Shown here piece after piece: positions 8,458 through 17,432 of a stretch of 34,283 nt of DNA (its first letter is position 1; each line of letters begins with the position of its first letter). Under the pieces are notes generated by a model. That model was not told the DNA's origin. It saw only the letters and a list, made by a program, of their open reading frames with translations, and did not search any database. The translations under genes were made by a program, and so were the position numbers. Source of the stretch: a virus (lineage: Duplodnaviria > Caudoviricetes); the IMG/VR virus record IMGVR_UViG_3300038556_000010, positions 1-34,283 of that record; one strand, written 5' to 3'.

Positions 8458-9228
8458 ATGTCGACCATCACGGAATACAAGCCCAAGGGCACGCTCGCGC
8501 CGCTCAAGAACGTGGCGTCGATGCTGACGCTGGCCACGCGCCTGATCGAGCGCGCTCCGCATCTGCCGGGGCTCGGCGCGTTCTACGGCTATTCTGGCTA
8601 CGGCAAGAGCTGGGCGGCGATCTACCTCCAGAACAAGCGCGATGCCCTGCGCGTCGAGGTCGGGGAGAGCTGGACCAAGCTGACCCTGATCAAGGCGATC
8701 CTTCGCGAGCTCGGCGTCAACGAACCGAAGGGCACGGTCGCGACGCTGACGGAGGCTGCGATCGAGCGGCTTTCGCGTCCCGGCCACCCGCCGCTGCTGA
8801 TCGACGAGGCCGACCGCCTGGTCGACAAGGGCTTCATCGAGATCGTCCGCGAGATCCACGAGGCGAGCCAGGTGCCGATCATCCTGATCGGCGAGGAAGA
8901 GCTGCCCGGAAAGCTCGCCCGCTCCGAGCGCACCCATAACCGCGTGCTGGCCTGGATGCCGGCCCAGCCCTGCGATCTCGAAGACGCCCAGCTCCTTGCC
9001 CAGCTCTATGTGCCGGGCTGGCTGACGATCGCGCCCGATTTGCTCGACCATCTCCGCAACAAGTCGCAAGGCCGCGCCCGGCGCATCTGCAGCAACATCG
9101 ACAACGTCACCGAGTGGGCGAAGATCAGGAACGCCAAGCTCGTCGATCTGAAAAGCTATGACGGGCCGATCGACACGGGCGAGCCGCCCAAGCGCTCCAA
9201 CCTCGGCGCATCGCGGAGGGCGTCATGA
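8458..9228 (+). CDS. MuB-like AAA ATPase (transposition protein B)
   Basis: Walker A GYSGYGKS, Walker B LLIDEAD; follows A; GAAGGTG RBS. Confidence 0.93.
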   Translation: MSTITEYKPKGTLAPLKNVASMLTLATRLIERAPHLPGLGAFYGYSGYGKSWAAIYLQNKRDALRVEVGESWTKLTLIKAILRELGVNEPKGTVATLTEAAIERLSRPGHPPLLIDEADRLVDKGFIEIVREIHEASQVPIILIGEEELPGKLARSERTHNRVLAWMPAQPCDLEDAQLLAQLYVPGWLTIAPDLLDHLRNKSQGRARRICSNIDNVTEWAKIRNAKLVDLKSYDGPIDTGEPPKRSNLGASRRAS

Positions 9229-9845
9229 AGCGCGCCGTGCCCAACCCGCTTCCGCAGGGGCCGCAGCACTACTGGTCGCAGATGGTCGCCTTCACGCGGC
9301 GCGGCGGCTTCACGGTCACCGACATCCACAAGGCCTGCGCGCTGCGCTCGCGCAGCACGGTGAAAGCCTATGTCGCCTTCTGCGCGCAGACCGGCCATCT
9401 GGAGAAGATCGCCGAGGAGACGACAGTCAAGAACCGCGCGGCCTTCCTCTACCGCGTGCGCAATCTGCGCGCCGAGGCCCCGGTGCAGCGGCGCGAGAGC
9501 TTCACCGGCGATCGTGGCCGGCGCTGCCAGCAGCTCTGGACGGCGATCCGGGCGCTGCGGACGTTTACGGTGCGCGACCTTGCCATCGCCGCCGCCACCG
9601 ACACGATCGCCGTCTCGGAGGCGACCGCGCGGACCTACGTCACCGCGCTGATGAAGGCCGGCTACCTGGTCGAAATCGGCCACCGCCGGCAGCGCGGCGT
9701 CCAGGCGCACTGGAAGCTGATGCCCTCTTTCAATACCGGCCCGCTCGCGCCCGCCACGATCGAGCGCGGGAGCGCCGTCTACGACCGCAATTTGGGCAGG
9801 GTCGTTAACCTTAACCCCTCCGAAACGACCGGGAGGGCGGCATGA
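9225..9845 (+). CDS. Conserved Mu-like protein, probably tandem winged-HTH
   Basis: Two similar halves (FTVTDI...YV / FTVRDL...YV..L.KAGYL); ATGA coupling. Confidence 0.75.
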   Translation: MKRAVPNPLPQGPQHYWSQMVAFTRRGGFTVTDIHKACALRSRSTVKAYVAFCAQTGHLEKIAEETTVKNRAAFLYRVRNLRAEAPVQRRESFTGDRGRRCQQLWTAIRALRTFTVRDLAIAAATDTIAVSEATARTYVTALMKAGYLVEIGHRRQRGVQAHWKLMPSFNTGPLAPATIERGSAVYDRNLGRVVNLNPSETTGRAA

Positions 9846-10237
9846 ACCGTGGACCCATCCCCGGCGCGAACAAGGTCGATCCGCTCGCCAAGGCGCAGGC
9901 CGCCTGGGGCGAGACCCCTCCCAGGGAGATCGTCGCGCTGGCGGAAGCCTGCCGCGCCTCGACCGCCGGCGCGGTCGCCGAGCGGCTGAACTATTCCGCC
10001 GCCGTGGTCAGCCAGACGCTGGCGCGCACGTATCGCGGCGACGTGGCCAAGGTTTTCGCCACGATCCGCGGCGCCCTGCTGGGCGAGGTCGTGATGTGCC
10101 CGGTCCTCGACGAGATCGGCAAGGATCGCTGCCTCAGCGAGCAGGTCAAGCCGTTCTCGGCGACCAGTTCGACCCGCGCCCGCCTCTTCCATGCCTGCAA
10201 AATCTGCCCGAACCGCCAGCAGAAGGACGCCGCCTGA
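9842..10237 (+). CDS. HTH regulator with Cys cluster
   Basis: VAERLNYSAAVVSQ HTH; CPVL...C...CKIC. Confidence 0.8.
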   Translation: MNRGPIPGANKVDPLAKAQAAWGETPPREIVALAEACRASTAGAVAERLNYSAAVVSQTLARTYRGDVAKVFATIRGALLGEVVMCPVLDEIGKDRCLSEQVKPFSATSSTRARLFHACKICPNRQQKDAA

Positions 10238-10458
10238 TGATCGTCTTCTCCGCCATCGCCAAGCTCGCGGCCGTCACCTGCGCCGTGCTCGGCCCGTTCA
10301 TCGCCGGCACGGTCTCGCCCTTCGCGCTCGACCCGGAGGTCTACGCGTTCTGCGTCATGTCGGGCATCGCGCTCGGCCTGGCCGGCCTGTTCGCCTTCGC
10401 CGCCATCGAGCGGGAGGAAGGCGTGCGCCACGCCCGCAACCTCCGCCGGGAGGGCTGA
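10237..10458 (+). CDS. Small 2-TM membrane protein (73 aa)
   Basis: TGATG coupling; MIVFSAIAKL..., hydrophobic. Confidence 0.65.
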   Translation: MIVFSAIAKLAAVTCAVLGPFIAGTVSPFALDPEVYAFCVMSGIALGLAGLFAFAAIEREEGVRHARNLRREG

Positions 10459-10462
10459 AGCT

Positions 10463-10903
10463 ATGCAGCCTCTCCATCCCCATGTCGCCGAGCTGCGCGC
10501 TTTGCGCGACCTGTTCCGGCGCTATGTCTCGTCCCACCAGCAGCCGACGATCGACGCCTGCCGCGAGCTGACCGTCAAGCTCGGCGCGATGGCGGAGGAT
10601 GCGCTCGTCCTTTCGCTGCAGGCGCGCGTCGGCGAAGAGCTGGAGGCCGTCGCGGCCGACCTCGACGTCATCGCCTACGCCAAGACGGGCGCTCTCGGCC
10701 CGCCCTCGCAAGCGGCGCTGCGCGAGGAGCAGCGCGCCCTGCAGCAGCGGCTCGATACGGCCGGCCCGGTCCGGGCCGGGCGCCTCGGCCTCGCGGCTCT
10801 CTCGGCCCCGATCGGCGACGGCCGCGTCGTCACCTTTCCGAAGGCCCCGCAGCCGCGCCCGGTGCGTGTCGACTGCCAGGGCGACGACGGAGACGCGGCA
10901 TGA
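10463..10903 (+). CDS. Hypothetical protein
   Basis: In-operon 146-aa ORF with GGAGGG RBS. Confidence 0.7.
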   Translation: MQPLHPHVAELRALRDLFRRYVSSHQQPTIDACRELTVKLGAMAEDALVLSLQARVGEELEAVAADLDVIAYAKTGALGPPSQAALREEQRALQQRLDTAGPVRAGRLGLAALSAPIGDGRVVTFPKAPQPRPVRVDCQGDDGDAA

Positions 10904-11175
10904 GCGTCCGGGATCACGACGTGACGGACTACCCGGCGATCCAGCGCCAGCTCGCCGCCTCGATCGAGCGCCGCGCCTGCGAGCGCGGCGAGGACATCCT
11001 CGCAAAGGTCGAGACCCTGCCAGGCCTCGGGCTCGATCAGGGTCTGCGCCATCTCGCTGGCCAGGTCCGCCGCCAGCTCGATCTGCCGCGCGATGCCGCC
11101 CGCGACGGGCGCTTCCTCGGCCATCTCGAACACGCGCTGCGCGATCTCGCGGTCCAGGGAGCGGGCGTGCGATGA
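10900..11175 (+). CDS. Hypothetical protein
   Basis: ATGA overlaps on both sides. Confidence 0.7.
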   Translation: MSVRDHDVTDYPAIQRQLAASIERRACERGEDILAKVETLPGLGLDQGLRHLAGQVRRQLDLPRDAARDGRFLGHLEHALRDLAVQGAGVR

Positions 11176-11672
11176 GCGAGCGTCACGTCACCATCGACAT
11201 GATCATGCAGGCCGTCGGCGCGGTCGCCGGCGTGACCAGGCTCGATCTCACGTCTGATCGCCGGCCGGCCGAACTCGCGGCCGCGCGCTTCGCCGTCTAC
11301 TGGCTCGCCACGAAGATGACGACGCTGTCCTCGGTCGAGATCGGCCGGCTGCTAGGCGACCGCGATCACACGAGCGTGCTCCACGGTCTCGCCCGCGCCG
11401 AGGAACTGCGCGCCACCGATCCCCAGTTCCGCGTCACCACGGACACGATCCTCGCCACGCTGATCGCCGCCGAACGCACCGGCACGCTGCGGCTGGCGGC
11501 GATAGCCGATCCGCTCGCCACCGCCCGCCGGGTGCTCGCCGCGCCCGAGCGCGAGGCCGTGCGCGTCCCCGTCATCGAGATCGTCGCCCTCTGCCGTCTC
11601 GTCGCCGAGACGTTCGGCGAAGAGCCAGACCCTTCCGAGCCCGCTTCAAAGGAGATCGATCATGCAGCCTAA
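11172..11672 (+). CDS. DnaA domain-IV-like HTH protein
   Basis: DLTSDRR...AARFAVYWLATKMTTLSSVEIGRLLGDRDHTSVLHG matches the DnaA C-terminal signature. Confidence 0.85.
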   Translation: MSERHVTIDMIMQAVGAVAGVTRLDLTSDRRPAELAAARFAVYWLATKMTTLSSVEIGRLLGDRDHTSVLHGLARAEELRATDPQFRVTTDTILATLIAAERTGTLRLAAIADPLATARRVLAAPEREAVRVPVIEIVALCRLVAETFGEEPDPSEPASKEIDHAA

Positions 11673-12534
11673 CGTCACCTATCTGCAGCCGCCCTTCGAC
11701 GCCGACGCGCCAGCGCCGCACGTCCCGCGCGAAGTGCTCGGCCGCGCGGCTTACGAGGCCGCGCTCAAGCGGCCTGACCTCTGTGTCAGCTTGCCATGGG
11801 ATGATGTGCTCGACGATGAGCGCGCCGACTGGACGTCGGTCGCCGAGGCCGTCCTCTCCACCGCCGGCCTCGATGCCCTCGCCGAAGACGTGCTGGCCGA
11901 GCGCGAGGCCGTCGATACCGGCATCGTCGAGGCGGGTGGCGCGAAGTATCTGCGCGATCCCAAGGGCGCGCTGATCCCGCTCGGCATGGTCAAGCCGCAG
12001 CGCCTCCTCGAAGACGAGATGGTCCGCAAGATCATGCGCTTCGCGCTCGACCTCTCAGCCCAGGTCGCCCGGTTCAAGGGCCACACCTTCGCCGATCTCG
12101 CCGCCTTCCAGTCGCTGCTCGAGCAGCAATACGGCGCGAAGGCCGGCGGCCCGAAGGGCAACGTCAGCTTCACGACCTTCGACGACAGCATGCGGATCGA
12201 GGTCAAGATCGCCGATCTGATCACCTTCGGAGCCGAGCTGCAGGCGGCCAAGAAGCTGGTCGACGAGTGCCTGGAGGAATGGGGCGCAGACAGCCACGAG
12301 GCGATCCGCGCGCTGGTGAACCGCGTCTTCAGCGTCGGCAAGGAAGGCCAGATCAACCGCGCCGAGCTGTTCTCGCTGCTCGCGATGGAGGTCGAGGATC
12401 CGCGCTGGCAGCGCGGCATGGAGGCGATCCGCGACAGCATCCGCGTGATCGGCACCAAGGCCTATCTGCGCTTTCGCATCCGCGACGAGGCCGGCGCGCT
12501 CGGCACCGTTACCATCGACCTCGCGGCTGCGTGA
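11662..12534 (+). CDS. DUF3164-family Mu-like protein
   Basis: DPKGALIP...GGPKGNVSFTTFD...FGAELQAAKKLVDECL...WQRGMEAIRDS. Confidence 0.85.
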   Translation: MQPNVTYLQPPFDADAPAPHVPREVLGRAAYEAALKRPDLCVSLPWDDVLDDERADWTSVAEAVLSTAGLDALAEDVLAEREAVDTGIVEAGGAKYLRDPKGALIPLGMVKPQRLLEDEMVRKIMRFALDLSAQVARFKGHTFADLAAFQSLLEQQYGAKAGGPKGNVSFTTFDDSMRIEVKIADLITFGAELQAAKKLVDECLEEWGADSHEAIRALVNRVFSVGKEGQINRAELFSLLAMEVEDPRWQRGMEAIRDSIRVIGTKAYLRFRIRDEAGALGTVTIDLAAA

Positions 12535-12541
12535 GGGCGTC

Positions 12542-12859
12542 ATGGCCAGCACCGATCAGATCGCCGATCTCATCAACGCCATGTCGCACAAGACGACAGC
12601 GTCCTGCGTCGCCGAGGCCCAGCGGCTTCACGATGGTGGCCTGCCTGCCACCGTCGCCACCTCGATCGTGCTGGATGCGACGCTCATGGCGGCTGCCAGC
12701 TTTATCAAGACGGCCATCTTCAATGGCGCGGTCGCGATCACGCTTCCGATCGAGGAACTGCTTCCCCTTCGCCTGACCGAAATCATGGCGATGCAGACGA
12801 AGCTCTTCCAGCAGCTCCCGGACGGGTCGTTTGATCCGGTCGGGCTCACGCGCAACTGA
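12542..12859 (+). CDS. Hypothetical protein
   Basis: GAGGG RBS; 105 aa. Confidence 0.65.
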   Translation: MASTDQIADLINAMSHKTTASCVAEAQRLHDGGLPATVATSIVLDATLMAAASFIKTAIFNGAVAITLPIEELLPLRLTEIMAMQTKLFQQLPDGSFDPVGLTRN

Positions 12860-12869
12860 GGGCGGGCCG

Positions 12870-13103
12870 ATGACCCAGCTCCGCCCCTTCACGCCGGCCG
12901 AGGAGCGCGCCCTGGTCAGCCTCGCCGGGCTGCCCGGCGAGAGCACGCTCATCGTCACCCGGAGCCGCCCGTCCGTCTACGAGCGACTTTCCGACAAAGG
13001 CCTGGCCAGCGTCACGCTCGTCTCCCGCCAGAAGCGCGCCCGGCTCACCGCGACCGGCCGCTATTTCGCAAAGCTCGTCGCGGCGCGAGGTGACCAGCCA
13101 TGA
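12870..13103 (+). CDS. Hypothetical protein, possible winged helix (77 aa)
   Basis: ATG after GAGGG; ERLSDKGLA...ARLTATGR. Confidence 0.65.
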   Translation: MTQLRPFTPAEERALVSLAGLPGESTLIVTRSRPSVYERLSDKGLASVTLVSRQKRARLTATGRYFAKLVAARGDQP

Positions 13104-13927
13104 GCGCTCTTCGTCCCGTCGCCCCTCTGGCGCTGCCGGCATCTGTCACGCCCGCCGTGCTGGAGAGCTTCCAGCCGCGCTTCGAATGGGTTGCGCCCGC
13201 GACGCTGCTGATCGACCCCACCTACCAGCGCAACCTGACCGAGGCGTCGGTGCGGCTGATCTACCGCATCGTCTCAGGATGGTCCTGGCGGCGCTACAAG
13301 CCGCCGATCGTCGCCGACACCGAAGCAGGCCTGCATGTCCTCGATGGCCAGCACACGGCGATCGGCGCGGCCACGCATGGCGGTCTGTCCGCAATCCCGG
13401 TGATGATCGTGGACAGCATCGGCCAGCTAGAGCGGGCGCAGGCCTTCCTCGGGCATAACCGCGATCGCGTCGGGCTCACGGCGCTGAGCCTGTTTCATGC
13501 CGGCGTCGCTGCCGGCGACGAGCTGACGGTCACCGCCATGCAGGTCTGCCAGCGCGCCGGGGTCACCGTGCTGCGGACGCCGAACATGCAGGGCTCCTTC
13601 GAGGCCGGGCAGACCGTCGCCGTGGCGTCGCTCACCGCACTCTGTCGCCGGCGCACCGCCATGCAGGCCCGCGTCGTCATGGAGACGCTGGCCCAGGCGC
13701 GCATCGCGCCGATCTCGTCGGACGCGATCAAGGCGACCGAGGAGCTCTTCCACGGCCAGGCTTATGCCGGCGACATCGCGCCCGAGGATCTGAAGGCGAC
13801 GCTCCTGGCGCGCTGGCCCGACATGCAGCGCAAGGCCTCAGACCTCGCTCTGGCCAAGAGCCTGCCGAAATGGCGGGCGCTGGCGATCACGCTCTACCAG
13901 AACACGAGGAAGCGCCGTGCAGCATGA
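13100..13927 (+). CDS. ParB/Srx-superfamily (DGQH-type) protein
   Basis: LLIDPTYQRNL...PPIV...VLDGQHT. Confidence 0.8.
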   Translation: MSALRPVAPLALPASVTPAVLESFQPRFEWVAPATLLIDPTYQRNLTEASVRLIYRIVSGWSWRRYKPPIVADTEAGLHVLDGQHTAIGAATHGGLSAIPVMIVDSIGQLERAQAFLGHNRDRVGLTALSLFHAGVAAGDELTVTAMQVCQRAGVTVLRTPNMQGSFEAGQTVAVASLTALCRRRTAMQARVVMETLAQARIAPISSDAIKATEELFHGQAYAGDIAPEDLKATLLARWPDMQRKASDLALAKSLPKWRALAITLYQNTRKRRAA

Positions 13928-14294
13928 GGGCGGCCTTGCCGCGCTTCAGGAGCGCAACGAGTGGCTGGAGGAGCGCATCGCGTTCCTCGAACGCCTCCTC
14001 GTGCCGATCGTGCAGCTGCCGCTTGAGTGGCGGCTGACGGCGACGGAAGCGCGCTTCATCTCGGCGCTTTACGGCCGGGCCTCCTGCTCGAAGGACCAGC
14101 TCATGGCGGCGGTATATCGCAACGACGCACGGGACGAACCGATGGAAAAAATTCTCGACGTCTTCGCCTGCAAGACGCGGGCGAAAATGAAGCCGTTCGG
14201 AGCGGGCATCGAAACAGAGTGGGGCCGGGGCTATCGGCTCGACGCTGCCGCCCGCGCTGCGATCGACGCCCTGAACGCGCAGGTGCCAGCATGA
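13917..14294 (+). CDS. Stand-alone OmpR/CtrA-type winged-helix DNA-binding protein
   Basis: DEPMEKILDVFACKTRAKM...IETEWGRGYRL; coiled-coil N-terminus; no receiver domain. Confidence 0.85.
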   Translation: MQHEGGLAALQERNEWLEERIAFLERLLVPIVQLPLEWRLTATEARFISALYGRASCSKDQLMAAVYRNDARDEPMEKILDVFACKTRAKMKPFGAGIETEWGRGYRLDAAARAAIDALNAQVPA

Positions 14295-14494
14295 CCGCGC
14301 CCGTTTTCACCTTCGAGCAGCTCACGGCCTGCGCCGAGCGCGAGGTCCTCCAGCGCCAGCGCGTCTATGCCCGACAGGTCGAGCTCGGCCGGATGCGGCA
14401 GGACAAGGCCGACAGCGAGATCGCCATGATGCAGGCGATCGCCGCGCAGCTGCGCGAGCAGGCCGGGCGCGAAAACTTGTTTGGAGGGCGGTGA
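14291..14494 (+). CDS. Small conserved phage protein (67 aa)
   Basis: CAEREVLQRQRVY...EIAMMQAI; ATGA coupling. Confidence 0.7.
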   Translation: MTAPVFTFEQLTACAEREVLQRQRVYARQVELGRMRQDKADSEIAMMQAIAAQLREQAGRENLFGGR

Positions 14495-14907
14495 TGGTCG
14501 CCTATTCCTTCAACCGCCGCTTCGCCGAGCCGATCGCCAGCGGGCATCCGGCCACCGGCATCGTCAAGCGCCAGACCATCCGCGCGCCGCGCAAGCGACA
14601 TGCGCGGCCGGGGGAGCTGCTGCAGCTCTATCAGGGCATGCGGACCAAGCACTGCCGCCGCATCGTCGCCGACCAGCTCTGCACGGTTGTCCGGCCCGTC
14701 CGCCTGTGGATCGCGCGCGGCTATGTGCAACATCTCGATACCGGCGAGGCCTTCGGCATCGAGGCGATGCTGGACGATTTCGCCCGCCGCGACGGCTTCC
14801 TTCACTGGGCCGATCTCCAGGCGTTCTGGCAGGCCGCGCATCCGCAGGCCGCCGACCCGGACATGGCGTTCGAGGGCGTGCTGATCTCATGGGAGCCGCG
14901 CCCATGA
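14491..14907 (+). CDS. ASCH/PUA-like protein
   Basis: F...I.SG...KRQTIR...RPGELLQL...FARRDGF. Confidence 0.75.
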   Translation: MMVAYSFNRRFAEPIASGHPATGIVKRQTIRAPRKRHARPGELLQLYQGMRTKHCRRIVADQLCTVVRPVRLWIARGYVQHLDTGEAFGIEAMLDDFARRDGFLHWADLQAFWQAAHPQAADPDMAFEGVLISWEPRP

Positions 14908-15230
14908 CCGATCTCCCCAAGTTCTCCCTCGGCCAGCAGATCGAGGCGGTGCGCTTCGCCGAGACGCGCCAGCGCTCGCTGATCGGCCGCAACCGCTCGG
15001 TGAAGGAGCTGCGGCCCGAAAGCGTGGCCCAGATGGACATGCAGCGCCTCGGCGCGGCCGCGCGCACGCTGGAGACGCTGCAGGAGAACGCCGACGAGAT
15101 CCGCGCCTTCCTGAAGCTGCCGGCCGAGGCGCGCCAGGCGGTGCTCCAGCACGGCGCAACGCTGGCCAAGATGTGCATGCAGGTCGTGAAGGCCGAGGCC
15201 GCCGCCAAGGCCGGAGGGCCGGTGCGATGA
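14904..15230 (+). CDS. Hypothetical protein (108 aa)
   Basis: MTDLPKFSLGQQIEAV; ATGA coupling. Confidence 0.65.
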   Translation: MTDLPKFSLGQQIEAVRFAETRQRSLIGRNRSVKELRPESVAQMDMQRLGAAARTLETLQENADEIRAFLKLPAEARQAVLQHGATLAKMCMQVVKAEAAAKAGGPVR

Positions 15231-15556
15231 TGGGGCTGACACAGCGCCAGGCGGACTGCCTTCGGGTGATCCGCGAGACCTCGATCGACGGCGTGTCGCC
15301 GACCTTTGACGACATCGCCAAGGCGCTCGGCATCAGCTCGAAGAGCGGCGTCTCGCGCCTTGTCGACGCGCTGGTCGAGCGCGGCTACCTGCGCCGCCTC
15401 GCCAATCGCCGGCAGACGCTGATGCTCGTCGCCGATGGACTGACGGGCGACACTGAAAGCGTGCTGGCCTTCCTCGGTCGCCGTCTCGGCCGGAGCCGCG
15501 ACCAGCTCGTCGCCCAGGCGATCGACGAGTTCATCGAGCGGCAGGTGCGCTCATGA
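15227..15556 (+). CDS. LexA DNA-binding-domain protein without peptidase domain
   Basis: LTQRQ...GVSPTFDDIAKALGISSKSGVSRLVDALVERGYLRRL; C-terminal RHH-like segment. Confidence 0.8.
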   Translation: MMGLTQRQADCLRVIRETSIDGVSPTFDDIAKALGISSKSGVSRLVDALVERGYLRRLANRRQTLMLVADGLTGDTESVLAFLGRRLGRSRDQLVAQAIDEFIERQVRS

Positions 15557-16227
15557 CCGACCAGCGCACCTTCGCCTTCTCGCCGGCGGTCGCGGCCCAG
15601 CGCTCCGAGCCCCACGATTCGCTCGACTTCTTTCCGACGCCGCCCTGGGCGACGCGCGCCTTCGTCAGGCATGTCGCCGTGCCGGTGCTCGATGTCCGCG
15701 CCGACGACGCGGTCTGGGAGCCGGCCTGCGGCGAGGGCCACATGGCCGAGCCGCTGCGCGAGGCCTATCCGTTCACGCTGGCGACCGACGTCCACGACTA
15801 TGGCTACGGCCACGCCCAGGACTTCCTGACCGCCGGCGACAACTACCGGGCCGACTGGATCGTCACCAACCCGCCCTTCAATGCGGCCGTGGACTTCGCG
15901 CGCCAGGCGCTGGCGGTCTCCGATCGCGGCGTCGCGCTCCTCGTCCGGACGCAGTGGCTGCACACGATCGAACGCTACGAGCTGTTCCGCGACCAACCGC
16001 CCTTCGTGATCGCCTACTATGTCGAGCGCGTGCCGATGCATCGCGGCCGCTGGGAGCCCGAGGGCTCGACCGCGACCGATTATGCCTGGGTCTGCTGGAA
16101 GCACGGCGCGGAGCCGCGCGCACCGTTGTGGATCCCGCCCGGCCAGCGCCAGGCGCTCACCCGGCCCGACGACGCCATGCGCTTCGGCGCGCCCGTCGCA
16201 GCCCCGCTCCTGGATGCGGGAGCATGA
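15553..16227 (+). CDS. Orphan amino (N6A/N4C) DNA methyltransferase
   Basis: DFFPTP, WEPACGEG (SAM binding), IVTNPPF (catalytic motif IV). Confidence 0.88.
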   Translation: MTDQRTFAFSPAVAAQRSEPHDSLDFFPTPPWATRAFVRHVAVPVLDVRADDAVWEPACGEGHMAEPLREAYPFTLATDVHDYGYGHAQDFLTAGDNYRADWIVTNPPFNAAVDFARQALAVSDRGVALLVRTQWLHTIERYELFRDQPPFVIAYYVERVPMHRGRWEPEGSTATDYAWVCWKHGAEPRAPLWIPPGQRQALTRPDDAMRFGAPVAAPLLDAGA

Positions 16228-16448
16228 TGATGTTCCGCGCCGATCGTCCCGCCCCGTCCGACGCCAGCGCCATCTCGGCGCTGCTGGCGCGCGGCGAGCT
16301 GGAGACGATCGACGTCGAGCGCGAGCGCCTCATGGCCGTGGTCGCCCAGGTCAGCCCGCGTCGCTCGACCATCATTGAAGGCGAATTGAAGCGGCTGACC
16401 CGCCGCCGCGTCGAGCTGCTCGCGGCGATCGGGAGGTCAGGCCGATGA
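16224..16448 (+). CDS. Hypothetical protein
   Basis: ATGA coupling; helical, 74 aa. Confidence 0.6.
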   Translation: MMMFRADRPAPSDASAISALLARGELETIDVERERLMAVVAQVSPRRSTIIEGELKRLTRRRVELLAAIGRSGR

Positions 16449-16780
16449 TCGACCGCATTTCCTGCTGTGTTCCGTTCTGTCGCCGGACCGCGTCGCGCGA
16501 CAAGTTTCCAGACTGCGACGAGATCATCTGCGGCAAGCACTGGCGCATGGCGAGCAAGAAGGCACGGAGCTTCAAGGCGAAAGCCGAGAAGGAGCTTCGC
16601 CGCTGGGAGGCCAAGTGCGAGGCGATCGAGGCGGATTGCGCGGATAGGCCGATCCATACGGGGGACCACGAGCGCTTCCGCGTCGCGGCCGCCGCCAGGC
16701 AGAAGGCATGGGACCGAGCCGTCCGTTCGTGGGAGCGCTGCAAGCGACAGGCAATCGAAGCGGGGATGGGCATCGGATGA
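16445..16780 (+). CDS. Cys/His-rich (zinc-finger-like) hypothetical protein
   Basis: CCVPFC...ICGKHW. Confidence 0.7.
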   Translation: MIDRISCCVPFCRRTASRDKFPDCDEIICGKHWRMASKKARSFKAKAEKELRRWEAKCEAIEADCADRPIHTGDHERFRVAAAARQKAWDRAVRSWERCKRQAIEAGMGIG

Positions 16781-17190
16781 GCCACGCCGCCATGGTCCAG
16801 AAGATCCAGATCGCCAAGCGCCAGCTTCGCCTCGACGAGCCGGAATACCGCGCGCTGCTGAAGCGCGTCGGCAAGGTCGAGAGTTCGCGCGACCTGACCG
16901 ATCGGGCCGCCGTCGCCGTCCTCGACGAACTGAAGCGGCTCGGCTTCGTGGCGAAGGCCCCGACCCGCAAGCCCGCCGATCGCGGCGACATCCGCAAGAT
17001 CTACGCGCTCTGGGGCGCGCTCCACGACAAGGGCCGCATCGCCTCCCGGGAGAGCGACGCCCTGCGCGCCTGGACGTTGCGCCAGTTCAAGGTCGGCGCG
17101 CCGGAGTTCCTCAAGCCGCCGCAGGCACGCGAGGCGATCGAGCAGTTGAAGGCCTGGTTGAACCGCCCTTCAAGCGCGGGTGAAGCGTGA
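16777..17190 (+). CDS. gemA: GemA / Mu gp16 (DUF1018)
   Basis: KIQIAKRQLRLDEPEYRALL...SSRDL...KIYALW...IEQLKAW. Confidence 0.88.
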   Translation: MSHAAMVQKIQIAKRQLRLDEPEYRALLKRVGKVESSRDLTDRAAVAVLDELKRLGFVAKAPTRKPADRGDIRKIYALWGALHDKGRIASRESDALRAWTLRQFKVGAPEFLKPPQAREAIEQLKAWLNRPSSAGEA

Positions 17191-17432
17191 TGCTGAAGGT
17201 CACCGACCACGCCCTCATCCGCTTCCTCGATCGCTCCGGCGCGGCCGCGATCGAGGAGATGCGCGTGACGCTTGCGCATGCGCTGGAGCGCGCCCGCCTT
17301 GGGGCCGAGCGCGCCGGCATCGACGACTACGTCATCGTGGCGGACGGGCTGCGCTATGTCGTCAAGGACGGCGCGCTCGTCACCGTGCTCGACCAGGACA
17401 TGGTCGCCGGCCGACGCAAGAGGCGGCGATGA
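17187..17432 (+). CDS. Hypothetical protein (81 aa)
   Basis: VTDHALIRFLDR...VVKDGALVTVL. Confidence 0.7.
   Translation: MMLKVTDHALIRFLDRSGAAAIEEMRVTLAHALERARLGAERAGIDDYVIVADGLRYVVKDGALVTVLDQDMVAGRRKRRR

Noticed and set aside
9805-9815. CtrA box (TTAACCTTAAC)
   Set aside because: Spacing is 2 rather than 7, and it lies inside a CDS.
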